A DNA stretch of 64,000 nt from Heteronotia binoei. Its lineage: Eukaryota. The stretch is taken from positions 94,674,001 to 94,738,000 of the forward strand of contig NC_083243.1 of the NCBI RefSeq assembly GCF_032191835.1. Direction: 5' to 3'. Below are positions 23,201 to 33,291 of this stretch, in pieces. The notes below the pieces were generated by a model that saw only the letters and a list, made by a program, of their open reading frames with translations, ran no database searches and was not told the DNA's origin. Position 1 is the first letter of the stretch. Every line of letters begins with the position of its first letter. Position numbers and translations under genes: made by a program.

Positions 23201-26200
23201 CTGGTTCTGTGGAGCGGGTGAGTCACTTGTAGAAATAACTGCTAGTAGATTAGCTCTAATGTGTTGCATGCATCAGAAACCCCCTCTCTTTAATGCTGCT
23301 TTCATCCATCCTGAATTCTACTATTCTGCTGTTCTCCCTGCCTCATTTCTTTGGGCATGAGAGGTAGTTCATAGAGCCTTGTTTCACCGGCCTGGTGCAG
23401 ATCTTCTCACTTAAAAGTCAAGTTTGCTTAGTGCAAAGAAACCCATCAACTAGTCCACTCCATTCAGTAAGTCTTTCTCATAAGTAGGAATCTGTGTTCA
23501 AACTATCCATTGAGTTAATATACATCTTGTCTCTATCCAGCTCCTGAAGTTTCCATTAACCCCCTGTCCCCGTTATGAACAGCTGCAAAATGAAACCCGG
23601 CATACAGCAGAGTACATGAATAAAACAGTTCAGAATATGGTAAGTTATGAATTGCGAGGGATGGCAGTTGAGATGGCTATGGTTATATATAGTTCTTGGG
23701 TCATAGAGAGATAAAAAATGGACTCTATTATTGCAAAACCCTACAGGAATTCCTGAAGATGGTGGCGCAAAAGACAGGAATCCAGGACATTTCCCTTGAG
23801 TCTGTATGGAGTATATATGATACACTATTCTGTGAAGTGAGTTGCCTTTCCATTTGCTTTCTAAACTGAAAATCTTAAGTGCTAGCTGAAGTGGCTTGCA
23901 TTTTTGCTTTAGAATAACAAGTCCCCACCCCTTTTGAATATTATTTGTCTAACCTCAAGCACTTTCCAGCAGTAGTAGAGAGGGTCACTATTTTATAATA
24001 CACTAAGGATGTTCTCCACTGAAAGCAAGCTCAGAATCTCTACCACTAGTTCCCAGAATTTTGTCTTATGTGACCAAGAAAAGGAATCCAGAGTGGGGCT
24101 ATGCAAATAAAAGCAGGCTTGATACCAGGGTTCCCAGGGGCATGAGCCAGATTTAGCTTCTCTCCAGTAGTGTCTTGCTCAGTGCATCCATTTCCATTCT
24201 CCAGTGTATCTGAACACTTCCCATCCCTAAGCTCTTATACTTGAGGGCACTGTTGTGGTTAATACAAAGCCAGTCAGCTCCCTTGACAATGTGTAACCTA
24301 CTTTGAGATGCAGTGTGTGGGAATGCATATGCATACACACTAGTTCTTGCAGTATAAAATCTCTCTTAAGCCAGAATCCAACTATCCTGATGAACATTTC
24401 CTAGTGCAACATAAAGAAGCTAGAAGCTATTATTACTTAATAGTAATAATAGTGATCACTTAAGGGCTTTTCTATCCATTACTGATGTAAATGGTTTTCA
24501 ACTATTACTCACTATATTTAATAACCATGAATTATTTGAATGATTATAGCAAGCAGTTTTATAGGGTTCCTCTCCATAGGCCTTATAGGATAGAGAAGTG
24601 TCACACTAAGGGAGTTCCTCTTGACTTTGTACTAGCTGACCTCGAAGAAATCTTGCTGAGTGAGACTAAATTTTGTTGTTGCTGCTGAGACAACAGAACT
24701 AGGCCTTAGTCTGAAGCAGAAAACAACTTAAAGCTCTGAGCTTCTTAGTTTCACTACTGTAAATAAACAAGCAAGATGTTTAGTTTTCTTAAGCTCCTAA
24801 AGACTAATTGAACCATATGCAGGAGTGTAGGCTCCCCAAAATGGCCCTTTGATTGTAGCCTAATGGGAAAATTGCTTTGAAAACAGTTATGCCAGAGAGC
24901 AGATTTAAGAGTTCATTGTGACGTTTTAATTTCTTTCCACTGAACAGGAACAGTCATTGTCATCATAAATTACAACTTGTCTAAACATCTAGGTGTGCCA
25001 GAAAGTTTCCCCTGCCAAATTAGGAAGCAGGTGCAAGTTGCAGAGTTGCAATTTTCATCATCACTGTAATTTAGAGGTACAGTCAAGAGAACATCATTGT
25101 AGGAGGTCATCAAAAACAATGCAGTTGTCAGTTGATCTGTACCCTCCAAATCTGTTAGAAGTCAATTGGCTTAGAAGGGTGTAACTGTGTAGGGCTGCAC
25201 TGCAGTTTATGTATTATGATAGCAAAACTGGGCAGAGCCTCGAATGAAGGTTGATAGGTGTCATTGTTATTTACTCACTATCAAAGTCCATTCTTTCTCC
25301 TTGGCATACCAGAGATTCGAAAGCAGACTGTGTATGCATTAGCCTTTGCCCAGACTGTATTTAAGGAAGCTTTCCTTTGTATATTTCCCAGAAAACACAC
25401 CAATTGCCACTTCCATCATGGATAACTCCTAATGTGATGACTCGGCTGCAACAGCTGAAAGATTTCAGCTTTCAGTTCCTTTTTGGGATTTACAGACGGA
25501 TGGAGAAAGCTCGTTTGCAGGGTGGTAAGTGATGGGGTAAGGACGGCATCTTGGGTAAGAGACTATACACTGGTCTGTCAAGACGTAAAATCATAATAGT
25601 CTGTTTTTTTTCTCCCTCAGGGGTTCTTCTCTCTCAAATAAGGAAAAATCTTACTCTAGCTGCAAATACCTCTGCACACCAATACCTTAAAATGCTTGTA
25701 TACTCATGTGTAAGTTTTCATGTGGAATCGGTACTTCACTTCTCTCCCCTGCCTCCAAATGAATCCAGCCTTAGTAAACAAAACCTAGCCACATCATCTA
25801 CAGGGCTGGCTCACCCACTAGGCAAACTAGGTGGCTGCCTAGGGTGCTGGGAGGGTGGAGTGCCAAATTGGGCTCCCCCGTGCCCCAGGCAAACACCTAG
25901 TTTGCCTGCCTCCCCCTCTGCCCGCCCCCTCCTTTTCCTTCCCGTCCCTTCACCTCGCCCCCCCCCGCGATCACAGCGCACCATGCCTGGGCCTTGCCAG
26001 CCGCGACGTGCATCTTATCTTTTGAAGACCACGCTGGAGGAAACTTCACTCCCCCTCCAGCACATTCTCTAAAAAATAAGATACACGTCAGCAAGTAGGG
26101 TCGCGTGCTCTGATCGGCCGGGGGGGGGGGAGAAGGGGAAGGAGGGGGTAGATGCCCCAGCATTCTGGGGAGGGAGCGCCGGAGCGCAGCATGCTCTGAT

Positions 26201-28635
26201 AGCACAGGGGAGGCGAAGGGATGGGAAGGGGGCAGGCGCCACACCAAGGCACACTCACAAGGATGTGATGGAGTGCGGTGCTGCATTGTAGTGCTGCAGG
26301 AGGTGCCTGCCTGGGCTGCTGATCATCTAGCAGTTTCTCCTGTACTGTGGAAGAAGAAAAACCAGAGTCAGCACTTCAATCCTTTTAGGTTTAAAATCTG
26401 AAACAGACTGTCAGCAGCAGTGCTAGGGTGCCAGCACCCTAAGCAAGCCACAGTTGCTGCCCCGCTGCCAATACTGGCAAAGGCAGCGGCAGCGAGGCTC
26501 CCAGTCTCCACGTGCACACCGTTGCTGCCTGCCGCTTTGCCTCTCACGTCTTTGCCTGTATTGCCTCTCGCAGCGGTGGTGCACATGCGAAGACCAGGAG
26601 CCTCGCTGTTGCTTCCGAGCGGACTATTTCCATCCCCTCAGAAGCAAGGGAGACTGGGAGGGTCCAAACCGGCACCCTTTCCCCGGGTCAGCATCCTTTG
26701 CAGTTCTGCACTCCTGGCAACCGCCTACGGCTGCCTAACAGTAGTGCCAGCCCTGCAGACTGTACTTCTCCTTGGTCTTTGTGCAAGTATATGCATGATT
26801 CTGCCCTGTGTCCGTAGAAGTTTTGTGATGCACTCTCAAGCTCTACTGTTGTTACTTCATGTTATATTTCTATCAGTGTCTTCATTAGTTCCCCATATGC
26901 TCATCCCCACTTACTTTCCTTTTTTACTTATGAAATAGTATGCTCACTGTGGTGATGGGGATCCTTTTCTCATTCGTTTTATCATCATGTCCTTTGCCCC
27001 TACCACCGTCTGAAATGTTGTTCTAGGTTCCCTACTTGCTGTATCAAAGAGGGGCTCACACTTTCTTTTTCCTCAGCATGATACCACTCTTGGGGCCCTG
27101 CAGATGGCCCTGGATGTTTACAATGGGAGGCAAGCACCTTATGCTTCATGTCATATGTTTGAACTGTATCAAGAGGATGATGGGTAAGGGCTTCAGTAAC
27201 TATATCAAACGGATTGATCTTCTGTGGTTCTCACCTGAAAGCAATTAATCTCATCTTGCTAAACCAACTTTTCTCCACATATTCATAGGAAGTGAAATTA
27301 AGTTAAAAGACTACAAATCCTGAGATGAAAAGAGTGTGCTTTTTCTCTCCAGCATTTAGTTGTGGATCAGAAACCCCAATAATATTCTATAGCCTACAGT
27401 TGACTTGACACCCTCTAGTTCAAGGGTGTTGAACCCTTTTGTTATGAGGGCCATATCTGATATAAATGAGACCTTGTTGGGCCGGGCCATGTGAGTTATA
27501 AAATGTAATGCCAGGTAGTGGAGATATAAACTTTACAAAGGGCACAACACAATTAAAGTTTTTTAAAAACTTTTAAAAAACATGCTTAAAACATTAGCAC
27601 TCATTGTTCATAAAGGTGTTTTCTTTGTACCATGGGATCCAGGGAATTAGGCAAAGGAAGCTCTGGCTCTTCATTCCTTGGGTACCAAAAGGGGCCCCAG
27701 CCTCAGCCAATAGAAGGAAGAGAGGTTTGGCTCAGTAGCTCTGCTGTGCAATTGAGAGCCTGGCCAAAGCATGCTATCCCTCCCCCACTTCCACCCCAAG
27801 GGAGGAGCCTCACCCAATGAGGAAGATAGAGGCTTTGCTCTGTAGCTCCTCTAGAATTGAACAAGCCTTGCAAAGCAAGCTGTTATGCAGAAGGAAGCAA
27901 GAGGGAGAAGGAAGCAGATGACAGCTAGCTGCTCACGGGCCTGATAGGAGCCCTCCAAAGGCCTGGTTTGGCTCCTGGGCCACATGTTTGACACCCCTGC
28001 TCTAGTCTGATAAAAATGTAAACCTAACTTTTACTCTTGAGAAGATAACTTCTGTTGTCAAGGGCAGACATATACAAATGTATGAAACAATGTTAACTTG
28101 TACTAAGGCATTTACAAGGTTGGAAAGGGATTGGATGATGGTTCAGGACTTGTTTTGAAAACAAAGCATAATGGAATGCAGCTGAATAATTATCACCAGC
28201 ACCAACTAACCTCAAATTCTTTTGTTCCTAGCACTTTTACAGTAGAAATGTACTTTCGAAATGAAAGTGGGCATCAGCCTTATCCACTACAGTTACCAAA
28301 CTGTGAACAACGTTGCCCATTGCTAAAATTCCTGCAACTCACAGACCCAGTTATTGCACAGGACTGGGAACAAGAGTGTCAGATAGCAAGCACTATGAAA
28401 GACACGGGTGAGTGAGGTGGTCTGGCCCAACAACCAGTAAGAAACTCAGGTGTTTTGGCTGTCCTATTCAAACTGCTTGTCCATTTCACTCTTTGCAGAA
28501 TTTATTGTGGGTTTGGCTGTCTGTGGATCCATCCTCTTTCTGCTTACTGTCCTGCTCCTGACAGTACTCTTCCGTATGAAGGCACAGCCGCCTGGTTACC
28601 GGCATGTTTCCAATAAAGGAGAAGAACAACCTTGA
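14169..28635 (+). CDS. ACP2: Lysosomal acid phosphatase, complete gene, join(14169..14288,14962..15057,15422..15508,23065..23217,23541..23639,23747..23836,25392..25524,25621..25709,27077..27183,28232..28407,28499..28635), 428 aa
   Basis: Spliced by hand: all introns are GT-AG, phases are consistent, total 1287 nt including stop. Contains a signal peptide, RHGDRSP and HD histidine-acid-phosphatase motifs, a C-terminal TM helix and the PGYRHV lysosomal sorting motif. Most exon sizes (96,87,153,99,90,133,107,176) match the mammalian gene as recalled. Confidence 0.98.
14962..15057 (+). CDS. ACP2: ACP2 exon 2 ([32 protein letters not shown])
   Basis: RHGxRxP active-site motif; ccccag| and |gtgagt. 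Confidence 0.98.
15422..15508 (+). CDS. ACP2: ACP2 exon 3 ([29 protein letters not shown])
   Basis: 87 nt, catag| and |gtcagt. Confidence 0.97.
15494..15569 (+). repeat. 38-bp tandem duplication across the ACP2 exon 3 donor
   Basis: 15494-15531 vs 15532-15569, 3 mismatches. Confidence 0.95.
16001..16240 (+). mobile_element. Squam3-type tRNA SINE
   Basis: agtttggtgtagtggttaagagtggcagactct...ggtttgattcccc...cctcacagggtgt...gggtataaaacc. Confidence 0.88.
16503..20515 (-). mobile_element. Full-length RTE-clade LINE (AviRTE-like), inactivated
   Basis: 14-bp TSD ATGTTTCACATGAT (16489-16502, 20516-20529); 5'UTR of about 750 nt; APE ([32 protein letters not shown]), RT ([16 protein letters not shown]), C-terminal CSHC zinc-finger-like motif; (GA)n tail. 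In-frame TGA at about 19625 and at 17698-17700, plus a frameshifting deletion near 16780. Confidence 0.96.
21727..22152 (+). mobile_element. Squam3-type SINE split by a MITE
   Basis: SINE head 21727-21872 resumes at 22066. Confidence 0.88.
21873..22065. mobile_element. hAT MITE nested in SINE
   Basis: TIR cagtgttccctctaagctg / cagcttagacggaacattg; perfect 8-bp TSD ctcacagg. Confidence 0.92.
23065..23217 (+). CDS. ACP2: ACP2 exon 4 ([25 protein letters not shown]...PGSVER)
   Basis: 153 nt, gcag| and |gtgagt. Confidence 0.98.
23541..23639 (+). CDS. ACP2: ACP2 exon 5 ([33 protein letters not shown])
   Basis: 99 nt, ccag| and |gtaagt. Confidence 0.97.
23747..23836 (+). CDS. ACP2: ACP2 exon 6 ([30 protein letters not shown])
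   Basis: 90 nt, tacag| and |gtgagt. Confidence 0.97.
25392..25524 (+). CDS. ACP2: ACP2 exon 7 ([10 protein letters not shown]...EKARLQG)
   Basis: 133 nt, cccag| and |gtaagt. Confidence 0.97.
25621..25709 (+). CDS. ACP2: ACP2 exon 8 ([30 protein letters not shown])
   Basis: 89 nt, ccctcag| and |gtaagt. Confidence 0.96.
25801..26755. mobile_element. GC-rich hAT (Tip100-like) non-autonomous element in ACP2 intron 8
   Basis: TIR cagggctggc / gccagccctg with subterminal taggcaa..tagg repeats; TSD not retained. Confidence 0.65.
27077..27183 (+). CDS. ACP2: ACP2 exon 9 ([35 protein letters not shown])
   Basis: Catalytic HD motif, 107 nt, cctcag| and |gtaagg. Confidence 0.98.
27421..27999. mobile_element. 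hAT-Charlie MITE in ACP2 intron 9
   Basis: TIR caagggtgttgaac / gtttgacacccctg; TSD ctctagtt/ctctagtc. Confidence 0.88.
28232..28407 (+). CDS. ACP2: ACP2 exon 10 ([24 protein letters not shown]...TMKDT)
   Basis: 176 nt, cctag| and |gtgagt. Confidence 0.97.
28499..28635 (+). CDS. ACP2: ACP2 exon 11 (TM helix and PGYRHV tail, stop)
   Basis: [45 protein letters not shown]. Confidence 0.98.
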
Positions 28636-30239
28636 CAACTGCACCAGCCCCTGCTGGGGCAGCAGGAAGGAACACTGCACCCCCCAGGAACAAGATGGGC
28701 TTCCATTGGTGACTGAACATTTCATTTGTCTTGTTATCTCCAAGCCCAAAGGCCCAGACTTGATGTCAGAGCTTCTGTGACTATCAAAATGAATCTACCT
28801 GTCATTTGGATAATGCATTTAAGTACTGGGTGTGGAATACCAGCGTGATTTGAGGTTGCTGTTTGCTAATATGCAACTAGTTCCACCAAGGATACAGACT
28901 TACTTTCTGTGAAGCCTCGGGTCTTCAATCCTGGGCAAAAAGGTCATTTAGACTGAGTATAGCTTTCAGCTGGGATTTGCTGTACTTCAGAAAATTTTGT
29001 TCTGTCTACTAGTTGCCATGTGCACCTCTCTTCCTAACCGTGGGAAAAGGGCCTGAAGCTAAACCAGCAATAACTGGCTTCTCCAGACTAGTCAGCAACT
29101 GAGAATCAACTGCTGCCACCCTTGTAAAATGAAGTAATTTGTTTGAGCACTTTGCTCTGAGGAATTTGATCCCTATACAGGGAGAAGGTTGGGCCTGAAC
29201 CAAAAAGTCCCCCTCCCTACAATCTACAGGAGGAAAAATAGGTTTCTCAGATACACTTTTCATTTGCATTTGCAAAGAATGTACTAAACAGCTGCAGATA
29301 CTGAGTAAGACTGGAATACAGCATACTTCCTCTCTGCTGACCCTGCCTTTGAGCTGGATTATCATTTCTAAAAAGTAGTGAAGATCTCAGCTAAATGAAG
29401 GTTAGGCTGCCGAACCAAAATGCTTACTGCAGCTGAGGACCAGCTGGAGGCTCTTTAGAGCCAGTCTCTCATATTTTGCACCATGCAAATATTCTGGAGC
29501 AGCACACACCAAAAAGAACTCTGGCTTTTTAAAAACAAGCTTTTTAGTTCTTGTGGTTACAGAAGAACATTCACAAACAGGCCTGTGTCTAATTAAACAA
29601 GAATTGTTACGATAATTCCATCACCTCCCAGGGTGCTTACAGAGCTCCTCTGACAACTGTAACTCCCCTGACAGATTGGTCAGAGGTTTACATAAAGCTA
29701 AAAACTAGTAGCAGAATTATCTGTCTCAGACTGCATACTCTCAATCCTCACTGATACCATTAAAAGCAAATACCACAGGATAATCCTCATATGTTTTAGA
29801 TCAAACAAATTAGTATCCCAAGCCAGTCAATATGCAGGATTCAGCTGCCTAGGGTTCTACTGATGTCAACACCACAGAGCTGCTTCTACTCCTTAGGCTC
29901 TGTGAGTTTCCTTTCATGCTCTGAAAGAAACACAACATCTCTGAAGTAGAACACAGAGAAGCACAGTCAAGTATACCTTACCCTATGTAATATCACATAG
30001 GAGGAAAACCTCCACATTTTATACCACATGCAACATAAGAATTTACTTTGCACTGGTATATAGATAAGGGAGCTGGCTGTGCCAATTAACAGCTTTAATT
30101 AAGTGATCTCTTATGCCATGACATACATGCTTCCACCCCCACCCCCACCCCCAATAACAGCCATCTCCAGGAAGGAGAAATTTTACACCTACTTTGCTTT
30201 ACACCTGCAATAGAAAGATCACAAAACAAATAGGTCTAT

Positions 30240-30430
30240 TAGGGTTTGTAGAATCTTTCAGGCTCAAGTGCCGTGTTCTACTGGAGAAAGTTTTCCTTCC
30301 AGACGTTTCATTCTCAGCTGCGGAGAACGTCTGGAAGGAAAACTTTCTCCAGTAGAACACGGCACTTGAGCCCGAAAGATTCTACAAACCCTAATGATGT
30401 TACCAGCCGTGAAAACCTGAAATCTTTGAT
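30240..30430. mobile_element. Penelope-like element terminal repeat with inverted duplication
   Basis: 12-bp TSD aaataggtctat (30228-30239, 30431-30442); 70-bp inverted arms; gacgttt/aacgtc motif. Confidence 0.75.
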
Positions 30431-32512
30431 AAATAGGTCTATGTCTGGGCCACGCCAAATACACATACCATACCATACATATTTCTGGCATGCAAATAAT
30501 AAAGGTAGCTTAAATTGGGAGAAATTGCACCCTGCTTCATCTGTGTTAGTTCAGTATTGAAATTCATCTTCTGTTAGCTGGTCCAAGTAATATAATGTGT
30601 GGGGAAAGTACCTCTACACATGCACAGAGTTCCTTCACCACTGAAACTCAAAAGGGTGGCTAGGAAAGATATTAAAGCATAATCTTTCATAGCTAGAGCA
30701 CACTCTGTCAGCAACTAATTGATTCCTCAGTCAGTGAGATCCATTTGCTATGAGACTCCATTTCACAACTGTTTCAGTCTCTTTAATGTTCTCCAAGAAT
30801 TTTTTTTGTTATATCAGACTCTAGATGATACCCCACTGAAATCTTCCACTACTGAACTATGGTATATCTACTTTTCCCATATACTCACAAGAATCATGGA
30901 AACTTCCACAGAAACCCAAAATTTTGTTCAGAGTTCTTTTCCCTTCCTTCCAGATAATGCCACCCAAGTCTACATGCGGAATAAGGCTCACTCTAGAAAT
31001 CTGTCCCAAACCTAGGACTGAAACCAGAATGTATAATATCTCCTTTCCCTCTAAAAGCAAGTTCACTTTAGCGACTAGCTTCTTCCAGCCTTGGCAGGTG
31101 AACTGCAAAAGGAAGGGCAAGAGTTGCTCTTTCAGTTGTCTCTTCTATTCACCTTCAGTGACAAAGGGAGGGAGGAAGCTCTGCTGAAATAGACTAGTTT
31201 GGAAGGAAAGCTGTAAAGATTCTTGAAACAGCCGCCTGCATCACTTACGCAGTTGGAGGTAGTCCACTTCCCACGTATACACACCGTTCCTGGAGAGGCC
31301 CCATCACCATGGGTATAATGCACTACAGACAAACCCCTGTCTCCTGACTACATTACCCACTTCCCTAATCACAGTCTTTCCTGATGCTACTATCTTCTGC
31401 ACAGGCCCTGCTTTCTGTACAGTCATTCTTTACTGATGAGGCTGAGTGACTACAGACATTTATTTCCCCTAACTGCTCTTCAAAAGACTACTGATCACAC
31501 ACTACATATCTGCCAGAAAGTGAGTGCACTCTGTGCCCATTCCAATCTGTGTCTTCTCCCCCCTTGCTGTTCATCCAACAGCATCACATAGCTCCTGCAG
31601 AATAGAATATAGGCACAGACCCAAAGGTAGCCCAAGAGAATAGCTGTAAGAAAGAGATGAGTTACTAATATCCTAATTTCTTAGAAGTTATGTAGCAAAT
31701 CAAGGGGGTTATTAAAGGTGTGTGCTTTGATACATGGTGGAAATTGGTGTCTATGATTTATGCTTTGTATCTCTGAATGATGTTTCTGTAATTCGCTTTG
31801 GTCTTTTTCTTAGTCTTTTTCATTACAAAAAAAAGTAGAACTGGACTTGTGTTCCTTCCTCTACAGCAGAAGATGAGGTACACAATCTATCAGCCTATCG
31901 TCTTTTTTCAAAGCTGAGGCTAATGAGAGTCTTGATGAGAGGACTGCTTTTAAAAAATCCAAACTTTAAATTCTATTACACAAATACAATCTTACATTGG
32001 AAGAGAGGACAGGAATGGAACATCTTTACCTGCTGCACCCTCTTGCTGAGGATTTTTCCCTTCTTGTACAGGTACTTGCAAAGCTTAGGCATGGCAAGAG
32101 GTGTGAGCCTTTTGGCCCCTAACCCACATGCCTCTGGACAAGCCAGCAAATGAGTCCAGGTCCAAACCAAGATATGGGGGTTTTGTTGATTGATTTATAT
32201 AGTTAGTGGGCTTCCCCCCACCCCCACTCCCACCCCCAGTTTGGGTCCCTTCAGGAAAGACATCTTCTTTCAGTCCCTGCCCAGTTGACCCATTGCCATT
32301 TCCGTTTAGCTCTTGAAAAGATATATCAAGCTTTGAAACTTGGCTACTGAAAGCAAAGCAAGTTCCTACAATTTGCACCATTGAGTCTAGTCACAGATCT
32401 TAGATTTTGGGAGAGGACATAAAATTCACAGGTGTCTCTCAAGTCTGTAAGTAAGTTCAGCTCAAGTCTGAAAATCAGTCTCACTGGTATAGTACTTTGT
32501 TCTATACAAAAC

Positions 32513-32518
32513 TTTATT
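32513..32518 (-). terminator. Candidate DDB2 polyadenylation signal (AATAAA on minus strand)
   Basis: tttatt on the + strand about 530 nt downstream of the DDB2 stop. Confidence 0.5.
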
Positions 32519-33043
32519 TAACATCTTGATATTGTGAACATAAAGTGAATAAGAGAACAAATACAAAATTCCCACTAGCAGCAGCTGCACCTCAGCTTCT
32601 GCCAGTCACGACAAGATGGCTCTGCATTTGTACACCTACACCCCAGGTGTTGAAACAACAGACTCAAACTATATCTTGCTTGAGGAAGGGTAGTGGGAAA
32701 GAATCCCCATGTTTCTCTGAAGGAAAAAAATCTTGCATTGTGAGCCCAGCATGGGAGGGAAAAGCACCCAGGTTGCTCAATATACTGAAGGGAAGAGAGC
32801 CAGTTCTAAAATACAAATTGCACTGCCAGCATAGCCGTGCTCATTGCCTTATACTGTATCCCAGATGACTGAAAATCAGCAGCAATGCACAGAAGCAGCA
32901 CCACCAAAAACCACATGACTGTGCTCCCATTCCTTGCTGCTGTTTTTTTTAAAGGTGTCTTGCTTTGCCAACACAGCAGCATCCATTAGAACCAGAGAAG
33001 ATGGACTAAAGGGCTCATTCCCTCTGAAGCCACTGTTGTCAAG

Positions 33044-33291
33044 TCAGTCCTCTGAATCCTTTCCTTTCCGTTTCTTCTGTAATGCACATTCTTTGCTCTT
33101 TGTTTTACTTCCCTCAACATCCAGACTGAGTAGTTTAGTTTTAAGTATACTTGTTCCAGTGTTTGATTGCCTTGGTCCTCTTTGCTGAGATAAACTCCTG
33201 CCTCCAATTCCCTGCTCTGTCATAGCTTGCATGAGACACTCTTGTTTTCTGGTTACCATTTCCTCCCGGCTCCAGATTAGAATATTAAAAC
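33044..33291 (-). CDS. DDB2: DDB2 exon 10 coding part ([10 protein letters not shown]...[11 protein letters not shown])
   Basis: Acceptor ctggcag|, ILIWS motif, then a basic tail of about 70 aa. Confidence 0.95.

Noticed and set aside
25551-26938. Long Pro/Ala-rich ORFs (173 aa, 172 aa)
   Set aside because: Read-through of ACP2 exon 8 into a GC-rich hAT element; low-complexity, no recognisable domain
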